From Candidatus Micrarchaeota archaeon (GTDB lineage: Archaea; Micrarchaeota; Micrarchaeia; Norongarragalinales; Norongarragalinaceae), in contig JACRGH010000044.1 in NCBI GenBank assembly GCA_016212375.1, positions 1,428 to 65,427 on the forward strand: a DNA stretch of 64,000 nt, given 5' to 3'. Shown one piece after another: positions 50,101 through 57,817 of the stretch (positions are counted from its first letter, which is position 1; every line of letters starts with the position of its first letter). Under the pieces are notes generated by a model. It ran no database searches. It had not been told where the DNA came from and saw only the letters and a program-made list of their open reading frames with translations. Made by a program: the position numbers and the translations under genes.

Positions 50101-51492
50101 ACGGGCCAATGTAGCGGAGAAACAACGGATGAACAGCCCTATGACGCACAAGGATGCTGGAAGCGGGAAAGCCACATCGAAATAGTTTATGCAAACGATG
50201 GGGGGAAAATTTCCACGTTCGGAAGCGGAAGCAGGCCAGGACAAGGCCCGCCTGCCCGAATTAAAACGGACCGATCTGACGGGTTCAAATATTTCCACAT
50301 CCCCTGGATCGCACCCGGCGGAATCCAAACCAAAGGCGGTAGCGGACAGGCTGTGGCAGGCGGTTGCACCGACGCGGGATTGGCGGCCAAACTGAAAGAA
50401 TACGAGCTAACAATCGAAACAAGCATAAACGGAAGGAGCACATTGAGGGACCTGTCGGATTGGAAGCCGAAAATCCAGACCTACTCCAAACGCCACTACG
50501 GGGAGGACACCGCGGATTTGACGCCCACCATCATCGTTGAACACTTTACGGTTTCATCTTCCTTTGCATGGAATCTCGTCACTGCGTCCAGTTTGGCGGG
50601 GGAAGCACCCGGCGAAGCCAGCCATTTCGAAGTCGACGGCAAAAACATTTACCAGATTCTTCCAATCAACGTGCGTTCACGGGGCACTTTTGGCGCCAAT
50701 CACAAGTCCGTCAACATTGAAATGGTGGCCAAGACGGCCGAAGACCTAGCGGCAAAAACGCAAACACTGGACACGGCTTCGAAATTGACCGCCGCATTGA
50801 TGGCCCAGTGCGCCATTCCACTTGAAAAAGTCTTCAGCCATGAATCGTTCAACGGCGGCAAAAAAACCAATTCCGAATACAAAGACAATACGGCCTCCGA
50901 TTACGGGAGCGAGACCCGCACCGACCCCGGGGATAACAACCTGAAGACCATGAAGGGTAAAATTAGCCAATTAGGGGCACTGACTCCGGTAGAAGGAAGA
51001 GGTGGAGCCGAAGGTGGAGGCGGAAGTGGGGGCGGAGCGGTCAGCGTAGATGTGAATCAAGTGAGGGTGTTCAACACCGCGGATTGCGTGTCCCAAGCCA
51101 AATCATGCGGAAGCACGGATTACGATTGCATGCTGAAAAAAGCCGCGGAACTGGCACATATCGATTCCAGAATCAACACAGCGGTTGCGATGACGGAAAG
51201 CGGAGGAAACACCCGCAACTACAAGCTTGATGCGCTATCAAGTGCAGGAGCACAGGGAATAATGCAATTGATGCCCGGAACCGCCTCCGGGCAAGGAGTG
51301 ACAAACAGACTTGACCCCTACCAGAACATTTGCGGCGGAACCCGATACATCGCATATCAGCTAAAGCGATACGGCTCAATCGAATGCGCGTTCGCGTCAT
51401 ACGATGCCGGCAGTGTCAGCAACAAAGACTCCAATTCATGCGCCAAAACCGCATACACCATCAAGACTATGAACAATATGAAAATGGCATAA
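47110..51492 (+). CDS. Secreted multi-domain peptidoglycan hydrolase: M23 + degenerate M23 + NlpC/P60-like + amidase_2 + SLT lytic transglycosylase
   Basis: Signal peptide; HEGVD/YCHL/PHLH; HAGID/YGHV without HxH; LKGIPY..C..KPGDLVVF..HIEIV; IIVEHFT..SHFEVD..SVNIE..FSHE..DPG; MTESGG..AGAQGIMQLMPGTA..DPYQNI..ASYDAG. Confidence 0.85.
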   Translation: MPNPEIKGLLFVLVLSLLLGTSVSAAVTNGDESAQPRYTSISALDTTTLYNMNKFPTRVDTVKDCSQNADPETKLYCALIQAAPSLFQSSVLEINLVVNYGPKSLQSISKSPKTLHPQKDTSTATQYAFDSSGDGYNAIFLDQGTLYVNVADLSTDTATAIIKHLYDESYAFKLNAECIIRTSTNAKALAFKNCQVLDAAKTPLDKLDVKKIECTKPAKTGIIAITQPINGQCPATVPNSGQTAALQPAGKGTLDSDQTPNSNPGECNAADFDPPINDPKPRADDSHGNYWFGDPSNNQAGHHEGVDIIGEVGKTKIMAIGPGIVEKYETTFCGNAVLIKHDCTINGKVFRTKYCHLDKTSKKPAVGSQVTKGQTLGLVGKTGNAANSDVPHLHIEYNAGGTFTLGQPSKGGDFDPVAKGFMPATFNKPSSGTRVASPQGITLLDFAGSEQLPTIQEYIQNTFPNAGEFKAGSRHNPKSTNFNPDPCLATNPDDDANGFFGYRNRGTAAKPNPGCVHAGIDIRGIKAGIGGKPVKAMLSGKISIVKPQYQIQTDCAIIVDSGDWVVSYGHVQLDEYCDTKRIGEQISAGQEIAKIATQLSPSNGNELDIKMLYKGNVPELKALTIQQLKSNTNPPYSKYFKRYPETKTIFAAKDFTFDVPNYDDYFLWEAYSTSLKVKSAVTPSTPTPSKGTQKPTPPNTQTPTTATNTDTPVTDTLSQLCVYYYIDSTDGAKDKFFDVGFAAYAGEGGACIVGRAGAQKPGITYPSGYTAYVNTAQLPESESYEGCYLAKMPLNKHGADYPTGAVVKLFLSKSADVFKETGPAMLDKGIVRTEASAMKIGNPVCGVQKTTKGPVVDNGEAGKKFLEYAMELKGIPYALCDTCIPDGVACATIPMYAYTKMIAAGYTLPQEFYNLAKKEKVPFKGKEVKNPANAGVWMDIINIPDMTQLPKKIQLPSNAYPKSLHNSDTWGGAAEILGWEVSKQNAKPGDLVVFNRPTGQCSGETTDEQPYDAQGCWKRESHIEIVYANDGGKISTFGSGSRPGQGPPARIKTDRSDGFKYFHIPWIAPGGIQTKGGSGQAVAGGCTDAGLAAKLKEYELTIETSINGRSTLRDLSDWKPKIQTYSKRHYGEDTADLTPTIIVEHFTVSSSFAWNLVTASSLAGEAPGEASHFEVDGKNIYQILPINVRSRGTFGANHKSVNIEMVAKTAEDLAAKTQTLDTASKLTAALMAQCAIPLEKVFSHESFNGGKKTNSEYKDNTASDYGSETRTDPGDNNLKTMKGKISQLGALTPVEGRGGAEGGGGSGGGAVSVDVNQVRVFNTADCVSQAKSCGSTDYDCMLKKAAELAHIDSRINTAVAMTESGGNTRNYKLDALSSAGAQGIMQLMPGTASGQGVTNRLDPYQNICGGTRYIAYQLKRYGSIECAFASYDAGSVSNKDSNSCAKTAYTIKTMNNMKMA

Positions 51493-51601
51493 CGTCAAGG
51501 TCAGTTCCAAGCTGCACCGTGCAATTCAAACCCCCGATTCATTTAAAAACTCCCCCATCCAACACAAAGAAGGAATTCATAAGCTCGTTTTGCCTTTGTT
51601 T

Positions 51602-51614
51602 AAAGGTTTAAATA
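51602..51614 (+). promoter_or_regulatory. BRE/TATA promoter of the tRNA-Ser-rps13 unit
   Basis: AAAGG-TTTAAATA about 30 nt upstream of the tRNA 5' end. Confidence 0.65.
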
Positions 51615-51643
51615 TCCGCGGACGCAAGAAGTTGTTTCTTCGC

Positions 51644-51827
51644 GCCGGGATGGCAGAACGGCAATGCGCAGACCTGGAAACCCGACATCCTACAAGGAAG
51701 GACCCATTGGGTCGTCATCGGGCCATTAAGTCTGTGGGCGAAAGCCCTTCTGAGTTCGAAATCAAAGCGGATTGATTTAATCCTGGATAAGGGTTTATTT
51801 CGCTTTACGGAAGTCTCAGTCCCGGCG
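51644..51827 (+). tRNA. tRNA-Ser(GGA) with two introns: 37/38 (51680-51728) and 59/60 (51761-51813)
   Basis: GCCGGGA/TCCCGGC acceptor, CAGAC-CT-GGA-A|..|A-GTCTG, GGGC-GAAA-GCCC variable arm, CTGAG-TTCGAA|..|T-CTCAG; BHB-like junctions; conserved position before rps13. Confidence 0.88.
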
Positions 51828-51907
51828 TTTTATTTTCAAGACGCAGAAATTGAGCGAATAGTCAAACAAACGCGTTACGCGCGTGTATCAAAAAAGGTAT
51901 TACAACA

Positions 51908-52549
51908 ATGGAAAAGATCGACGATCAAAAATCCGAAAAGACCAAAGCCAAGTTCGGCCAGAACAAGAACGTGGGCGAAGCGCCGAAAGTCAACCCCAAT
52001 GCGCCGAAGTTGGTCGCGGCCAAGAAAACGGGCAAGGAAAAAGATAACTTCCGCGGCATCATCCGCATCGTGGGCAAGGATATGCCGGGCCAGACCACGG
52101 TCAAAAACGCATTGCGCAAAGTTCCAGGCATCGGTCACAATTTGTCCATGTCGCTCACCCGCATCGTACTTACGAAATCTGATTTCAAGGCCGATGAATT
52201 GGTCGGCAACCTCACGGACGAACAGCTCAGGACGTTCGAGGACATCATCAAGAACCCGGCCACACATGGCGTTCCCACCTTTTTGTTGAACCGCCCCATT
52301 GACCCCGAATCGGGAAAACCCATGCACCGGGTGATGGCGGACCTCAAATTTTCCGTTAAAAACGACATTGACAAGCAAGTCGACATCCATAGCTACCGCG
52401 GCTGGCGCCACCAAATGGGCCAGAAAGTCCGTGGGCAGCGCACGCGCTCGACGGGCCGCTCAGGCATGACGGTCGGCGTGATGAAGAAATCATTGGCTAA
52501 AGCTGCAGCCCCCGGACCGACTGGGGACAAGAAAGACGCTAAAAAGTGA
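51908..52549 (+). CDS. rps13: 30S ribosomal protein S13
   Basis: SYRGWRH..GQKVRGQRTRSTGR. Confidence 0.96.
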   Translation: MEKIDDQKSEKTKAKFGQNKNVGEAPKVNPNAPKLVAAKKTGKEKDNFRGIIRIVGKDMPGQTTVKNALRKVPGIGHNLSMSLTRIVLTKSDFKADELVGNLTDEQLRTFEDIIKNPATHGVPTFLLNRPIDPESGKPMHRVMADLKFSVKNDIDKQVDIHSYRGWRHQMGQKVRGQRTRSTGRSGMTVGVMKKSLAKAAAPGPTGDKKDAKK

Positions 52550-52553
52550 TTGA

Positions 52554-53135
52554 ATGGGAGACCCTGGAAGATTGCGCAAACGCTTTGAAGGCCCCAAGCG
52601 ATTGTGGGACAAAAAGCGCATTGACGACGAAAAAGCCTTACGCACCGAGTTCGGATTGAAAAACGCCCGCGAATTGTGGCGCATGCAGACGATGTTGCGT
52701 CGCATCCGCCGTGAAGCGCGCCGGTTGTTGTCCAGCAAGGGCAAGGATTTGGACCGTCGGCAAGCCCAATTGTTGGATCGCATCAAGAAGTTCTTGATCC
52801 AGAACCCCGATGCCAAGGTGGACGATGTATTGCTGTTGACGACCAAGGACATCTTGGGCCGACGGCTACAAACCATCGTGACGCGCAAGCATTTGGCTAA
52901 AACCATGACGCAGGCGCGGCAGATGATTACGCACGGCCACATCGCAGTCAATGGAAACAAAGTATCGTCCCCGTCTTACTTGGTCAGCTTCTCCGAAGAG
53001 GACCACGTGTCATGGTACAAAAAACCCATCCAATCCACCGCGCCGGTTGAAAATGCCAAAGTCGAAGGCAAGCCGGTGGCAACGGATGCCAAAGTAGAAC
53101 CCTCAACCTCTGAAGTGGTTGCGCAAGCAGCTTGA
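52554..53135 (+). CDS. rps4: 30S ribosomal protein S4
   Basis: [28 protein letters not shown]. Confidence 0.96.
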   Translation: MGDPGRLRKRFEGPKRLWDKKRIDDEKALRTEFGLKNARELWRMQTMLRRIRREARRLLSSKGKDLDRRQAQLLDRIKKFLIQNPDAKVDDVLLLTTKDILGRRLQTIVTRKHLAKTMTQARQMITHGHIAVNGNKVSSPSYLVSFSEEDHVSWYKKPIQSTAPVENAKVEGKPVATDAKVEPSTSEVVAQAA

Positions 53136-53140
53136 TGTTT

Positions 53141-53617
53141 ATGGAAAACAACTCCCGTCCCGCAGGTCAAGGAAGCCAAGGAGGCCGCCCGCCGTTCCGC
53201 CGCGACGACCGTCCCACTAAAGTCACACCCAAGGAAGGCAAGTGGGGAGTGGCCCACATGTACTCATCCAAGAACGACACGATTATCACCATCACCGATT
53301 TGTCCGGCGCGGAGACCATTGCTGTGGCATCCGGCGGCATGATGGTCAAAAGCTCGCGCGAAGAAGGCTCGCCGTACGCCGCCATGCAGGCCGCGTTCAA
53401 AGCGGCGGAGACGGCCAAAGAGCGCGGTCTAATCGGCATTCACATCCGTGTGCGCGCACCGGGTGGACATGGTTCCAAGACGCCCGGTACGGGCGCGCAG
53501 GCGGCCATCCGTGCCTTGGCCCGCAGTGGCTTACGCATCGGACGCATCGAAGACGTCACGCCGATTCCAACCGACAGCACCAAACGCCCGGGTGGAAAGC
53601 GCGGACGCCGTGTCTAG
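53141..53617 (+). CDS. rps11: 30S ribosomal protein S11
   Basis: [25 protein letters not shown]. Confidence 0.96.
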   Translation: MENNSRPAGQGSQGGRPPFRRDDRPTKVTPKEGKWGVAHMYSSKNDTIITITDLSGAETIAVASGGMMVKSSREEGSPYAAMQAAFKAAETAKERGLIGIHIRVRAPGGHGSKTPGTGAQAAIRALARSGLRIGRIEDVTPIPTDSTKRPGGKRGRRV

Positions 53618-53641
53618 ATTCAAACATCAAGGTTAACGCAT

Positions 53642-54376
53642 ATGGCTATGAAAGTGCAATTGCTTGCTGAAAACGGACAAAGCCGCGCCTGGTATCTGAT
53701 TAGCGGTGCTAGGTTGTCCTTTTTGAACGCCTTGCGCCGCGCACTGATTGCGGATTTGCCGGCGTTTGCCATGGACGAAATCAGTTTTTACGAAAACACG
53801 TCCGCCATGTTCAACGAGTACATGGCCAACCGGTTGGGCTTGGTTCCGTTGAAATATGAGGAAACCTCGGCCAACTCAACGGTATCATTTTCATTGGACG
53901 CGGAAGCGCTTGATGAGGAAAAAACCGTGTACAGCGGGGATTTGGTATCCCAGGACGAGGTCATCGTGCCGGCATTCATGCATATTCCCTTGATGAAATT
54001 AGGTAAAGGCCAGCGCTTGCGTTTGGAAGCGACGGCCACGGTTGGAACGGCTAAAACGCATGCCAAATTCCAAAGTGCCATTGGGAGCTTCGGAAAAGTG
54101 GCGGAATTCAAACTCACGGACAAATGCAAAAAGTGCGCACGCGCCATGAAACCGGCGGAGCCTGAATTGATGGGCAAGATTCCGAACGCATCATTGCCGG
54201 AGCACTCGGTATTGTGCGAAGCGTGCGAGACAAAAGTTTCGCCGCCCGAAAAGGACGACGTATTATTTTTGGTCGAATCATACAACAACATCCCCGCGCG
54301 CCAGCAATTCTCCCGGGCCATTAAAATCCTGGAAGAGCGCTACAAGACGCTTGGGGAATTCGTGAAAACGGCATAA
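53642..54376 (+). CDS. rpoD: RNA polymerase subunit D (Rpo3)
   Basis: NALRRALI, ENTS, RLGLVP, VYSGDL, HAKFQ. Confidence 0.93.
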   Translation: MAMKVQLLAENGQSRAWYLISGARLSFLNALRRALIADLPAFAMDEISFYENTSAMFNEYMANRLGLVPLKYEETSANSTVSFSLDAEALDEEKTVYSGDLVSQDEVIVPAFMHIPLMKLGKGQRLRLEATATVGTAKTHAKFQSAIGSFGKVAEFKLTDKCKKCARAMKPAEPELMGKIPNASLPEHSVLCEACETKVSPPEKDDVLFLVESYNNIPARQQFSRAIKILEERYKTLGEFVKTA

Positions 54377-54397
54377 AGAGGAAATTGATTTTTGGAT

Positions 54398-54508
54398 GCA
54401 GGGGTGGCAGAGCTTGGTCAAATGCGCTAGCTTGAGGTGCTAGTCTCCTAGCGAGTGCCTGGGTTCAAAATCCCTCACAACATAGGGATGAAAGTCCCAG
54501 CCCCTGCA
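54398..54508 (+). tRNA. tRNA-Leu(GAG) with 25-nt T-loop intron at 59/60 (54470-54494)
   Basis: GCAGGGG/CCCCTGC, CTAGC-TT-GAG-GT-GCTAG; strict BHB: TTCA/TGAA helix, AAA and AGT bulges, TCCCT/AGGGA outer helix. Confidence 0.92.
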
Positions 54509-54530
54509 TATTTTTGGTGGAAAAAACAAC

Positions 54531-54881
54531 ATGGCAATAAGCGGACCCGAAAGCATCGTCAAACTTCGCCTGATCAACCAGCTGCGCAAAGCCAAACGCC
54601 CCGTCTGGGCCCGCGTGCGCGAAATCCTGCTGAAGTCCAAGCGTCGCGAAGCGCAGGTTAATTTGTACAGGTTGGACAAATTCACAAAAGCCAACGACAC
54701 CGTCGTAATCGCGGGCAAATTGCTGGCCGTCGGGAAATTGACGCACCCGCTGACCGTGGCATACGTCGACGCCTCCCAGTCGGCCTTGGAGGGCCTAAAG
54801 GAGAGCAAATCCAAATTCATGCCGTTGCAGGAATTCCTGGAAAAGCATGCAGACGCTAAAAATATCAAGATTGTGATATAG
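54531..54881 (+). CDS. rpl18e: 50S ribosomal protein L18e
   Basis: VW..V...L...R..VNL, VIAGKLL.VG; operon order. Confidence 0.9.
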   Translation: MAISGPESIVKLRLINQLRKAKRPVWARVREILLKSKRREAQVNLYRLDKFTKANDTVVIAGKLLAVGKLTHPLTVAYVDASQSALEGLKESKSKFMPLQEFLEKHADAKNIKIVI

Positions 54882-54883
54882 AT

Positions 54884-55315
54884 ATGATTGTCATTGACGC
54901 CACAGATGCCATAATCGGCCGCCTTGGTACGTATGTTGCCAAAAAGGTCATTGAAAATGAGTCCGTCGTCATTGTCAACGCCGAAAAAGCCGTGTTCAGC
55001 GGAACGGCCGAATACGTGACCGGCATTTACTTCCGCCGCCGCCAGATGACGGATAAAGCCAATCCGGACCACGGCGCCAAATGGCCCCGCCGCCCCGACA
55101 TCCTCCTCAAGCGCATCATCCGAGGCATGTTGCCCAAACGCAACACCCGCATGAAAGCGGCATTGGGTAACTTGCGCATTTACATGGGTAAGCCGGTCGA
55201 CATCAAAGAGACGGCTGAGCCGTTCCGTGATTTGGGCAAGGACCGCGCCCGCACCTGCGTCTCATTGGAAGTCGTGTGCGAACGGCTTGGGTGGAAGGCG
55301 CCCAAAGCCGCATAA
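54884..55315 (+). CDS. rpl13: 50S ribosomal protein L13
   Basis: IIGRL, VNAEKA, IIRGMLP. Confidence 0.94.
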   Translation: MIVIDATDAIIGRLGTYVAKKVIENESVVIVNAEKAVFSGTAEYVTGIYFRRRQMTDKANPDHGAKWPRRPDILLKRIIRGMLPKRNTRMKAALGNLRIYMGKPVDIKETAEPFRDLGKDRARTCVSLEVVCERLGWKAPKAA

Positions 55316-55368
55316 AGACAAAAACCATTAGATGATTCATCCAGATTGAATTTGAGGTAAAACCACAA

Positions 55369-55830
55369 ATGAGCACTCCAACTGCACCGACAACCACTCC
55401 CGCCGTACCCAAAGCCAAAAAGAGCGCCAGCCGCAAAAAGAAAGGCATCGGCGTGGTGCGTGGCAAGCGCAAGGAAGCCACGGCGCGCGCCCGCGTCCAA
55501 TTGGGCACCGGCCGCATCTACTACAATGGCCTTGCTCTGGATGCCGTGCCCTCTGCATACGTTCGCCAGATCATCACCGAGCCGCTCCGCATGACGGACG
55601 GCTCCAAATACGATGTCTTCGTGATTACGCACGGTGGCGGCACCATGGGCCAGGCCCAGGCCGCCCGCGTCGCCATTGCCAACTCATTGGTCGCCCACGA
55701 AGGTGACGAATTGAAGGCCAAGATGATGGAATCGGACCGCTCGCTCCTTGTCGAAGACAGCCGCCGGGTCGAGCCGAAGAAGTTCCGTGGCCCGGGTGCA
55801 CGCGCCCGCTTCACCAAGTCGTACCGTTAG
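55369..55830 (+). CDS. rps9: 30S ribosomal protein S9
   Basis: GKRKEATARA, GGGTMGQA, EPKKF.GPGARARFTKSYR. Confidence 0.95.
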   Translation: MSTPTAPTTTPAVPKAKKSASRKKKGIGVVRGKRKEATARARVQLGTGRIYYNGLALDAVPSAYVRQIITEPLRMTDGSKYDVFVITHGGGTMGQAQAARVAIANSLVAHEGDELKAKMMESDRSLLVEDSRRVEPKKFRGPGARARFTKSYR

Positions 55831-55899
55831 ATTTTTTATTTTCCAAACCCAAAAGAACATAATCAATTCCGCAGGATTCCAACTAAGGTGTTTTGAAAG

Positions 55900-56115
55900 A
55901 TGCTTATCCCCGTCCGCTGTTTCACGTGTGGCAAACCCGTCGCCGAGTGGTTCGACGAATTCAAGAAGCGCACGCGTAGCCATGAGGAAGGCGGACAAGC
56001 CGAAGACACCGCCGTCGTCTTGGACGAACTGGGATTCCAACGCTATTGCTGCCGCCGCATGATGTTGAGCCAAGTCGACCTGATTGACGAAATCATGCCG
56101 TACCGGCGGTTCTAA
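55900..56115 (+). CDS. rpoN: RNA polymerase subunit N (Rpo10)
   Basis: [19 protein letters not shown]. Confidence 0.96.
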   Translation: MLIPVRCFTCGKPVAEWFDEFKKRTRSHEEGGQAEDTAVVLDELGFQRYCCRRMMLSQVDLIDEIMPYRRF

Positions 56116-56227
56116 AACCGAATCCAAGCGAACTTTTTTTCATTTTATTTTGAAGGGCGAGCGTACGCTCTTGAAAAAAATGAACGCCACCGAAACGGCC
56201 GGCTATAGGGCACAAAAAGGAACCAAG

Positions 56228-56956
56228 TTAGCGTTTACTAATCTTACTTCCGCCCCTCAGAAACCCGCCTTTGGGCTTTTGCGCGCTCATCCACCGCAAC
56301 AAATGCCCCGACACCCAATACGGCTGCAAAACGCCCCGCAACACCAAATCGGTCATGACGTGTTGCAACTTCTCTTTTGGCACGGAAAAGCCGTGTTTGG
56401 ATTTGAGCTCTTCGGCGACCATGTCCAGCGATTTTTTGTCCTCGGATTTAGCGTCAAAAATGCCGGCCACGAGGTTGGATACGTCTTCAGCAAAGTTCCA
56501 CGGGAAGACCATCCATTTCCACGGCTTGCGGGAGACGAAGTAATCGGGCGTGAACTTACAATTTTCCAGCACGAAAAGGCTTGCAGTTTTGACGGATTTG
56601 GGCTTGTGCTTGCGGACTTCGCCAAGGGCCACGTCAAAACTTTGCCCGGTATCGCCGAGATCGTCCACGACCAGCACGTTTTTGCCCTTGAGGTCGGCGG
56701 AAAGGGCGTGCCACAATTTGGCCTTTGGCAAGCTCTTCTGACCCGTATTGCCCCAGTGGTGCACCTGGACCGAATACAACCGGTCAATCATCAGAAAGTC
56801 GCACAACGCGCGGGCCGGCACATAACCGCCGCGGGCAATGGCCACGACTGCGTCCGGCCTCCAGTGGTCCTCACGGATTTTCCCGCTTAAGATGCGGCCG
56901 TATTCGTACATGTCATCCCAGGAGACCAATTCGCAGGGAAATGAGGATTTAAGCAT
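56228..56956 (-). CDS. Type I phosphoribosyltransferase (purine PRTase-like)
   Basis: VAIARGG, VLVVDDLGDTG, WMVFPW. Confidence 0.88.
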   Translation of the reverse strand: MLKSSFPCELVSWDDMYEYGRILSGKIREDHWRPDAVVAIARGGYVPARALCDFLMIDRLYSVQVHHWGNTGQKSLPKAKLWHALSADLKGKNVLVVDDLGDTGQSFDVALGEVRKHKPKSVKTASLFVLENCKFTPDYFVSRKPWKWMVFPWNFAEDVSNLVAGIFDAKSEDKKSLDMVAEELKSKHGFSVPKEKLQHVMTDLVLRGVLQPYWVSGHLLRWMSAQKPKGGFLRGGSKISKR

Positions 56957-57102
56957 AGGTATCAAGAAAAGCAAAGCAGCCCGACGATTTAAAGGAAGCG
57001 AAAACGCGAATTCCAGAAGAAAAAAATCACTACCAAAAAGCACAAGGGAAAAAAAAGAAAAGAAAACGCAGGCGGACAAAGGAAAAAAAACCGGTTCCAA
57101 AA

Positions 57103-57531
57103 TCAGATATCCAATAAAACCCGGACCGTCCACTTGCCCTTCTTTTCAAACGCTTTGGTCTCATGGTGCGTCACGGCTTTGACGTCCAACAAGCCGGCAG
57201 TCGGACTCATGGCCGAGCCTTTGGCCACGCCTTCCAGAGAAAAGCCACCGTCTTTTGCAACTAAGTTGGTCACAGTAAATGTTTTGAAGAACAACCCGCG
57301 GGCATCCCGCTGGGCCACCAAATCCGATAAGACCCTTACTGCAAGCTCGTCGTAATTGGGCGCCCACTCCCGAATCGCGACCGATTTGGTCGTTTTGACC
57401 TTTTTGAGGTCGGCAATGGTCTCAAACAGCGCCAACGAGGCGTTTTCCAGAGCCTCCTCAAAGGTAGCCCCGTATCCTTCATAGAGGATGTCCGCGGTGT
57501 GGTCGAAAAACTTAAAGGCCTTCGGAGTCAT
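57103..57531 (-). CDS. Archease
   Basis: DHTAD, VKAVTHH, VLLDI. Confidence 0.92.
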   Translation of the reverse strand: MTPKAFKFFDHTADILYEGYGATFEEALENASLALFETIADLKKVKTTKSVAIREWAPNYDELAVRVLSDLVAQRDARGLFFKTFTVTNLVAKDGGFSLEGVAKGSAMSPTAGLLDVKAVTHHETKAFEKKGKWTVRVLLDI

Positions 57532-57698
57532 GTCAAAGAGGTAAGGGGCGCCGATTGATTAAAACCCGCCGATAACCAAATTCATACAAAGAAAACGCGA
57601 GAAAAATCCATTACGGAAAAGCGCAAGGAAGAAAAGAAAAACCGGCAATTCGAAAAGTCCCAGACACATTAAACAACAAAACCTAAAGATGAAACCAT

Positions 57699-57736
57699 AT
57701 GCTACCAAACATGAATCCGAAGCAGATGGCCCAAAT
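57699..57736 (+). pseudogene. Displaced 5' fragment of nac (first 12 codons)
   Basis: Encodes MLPNMNPKQMAQ, identical to the NAC N-terminus, with five synonymous nucleotide differences. Confidence 0.8.
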
Positions 57737-57805
57737 GGTCACCTTTTCTTTTCAAAAAGAAAAGGCGGCCTGCAGAAAAGAAAACAATTTTGTGCGCCAA
57801 TCAAA
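57737..57805 (+). mobile_element. Short hairpin-rich dispersed element (same family as at the tRNA-Thr loci)
   Basis: GGTCACCTTTTCTTTTCAAAAAGAAAAGGCGGCCTGCAGAAAAGAAAACAATTTTGTGCGCCAATCAAA. Confidence 0.72.
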
Positions 57806-57817
57806 TAGGTGAAACAT

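Noticed and set aside
47110-51492. Prophage tail lysin or bacterial contamination
   Set aside because: No phage genes nearby; it has a signal peptide and an archaeal-type promoter and is flanked by archaeal core genes
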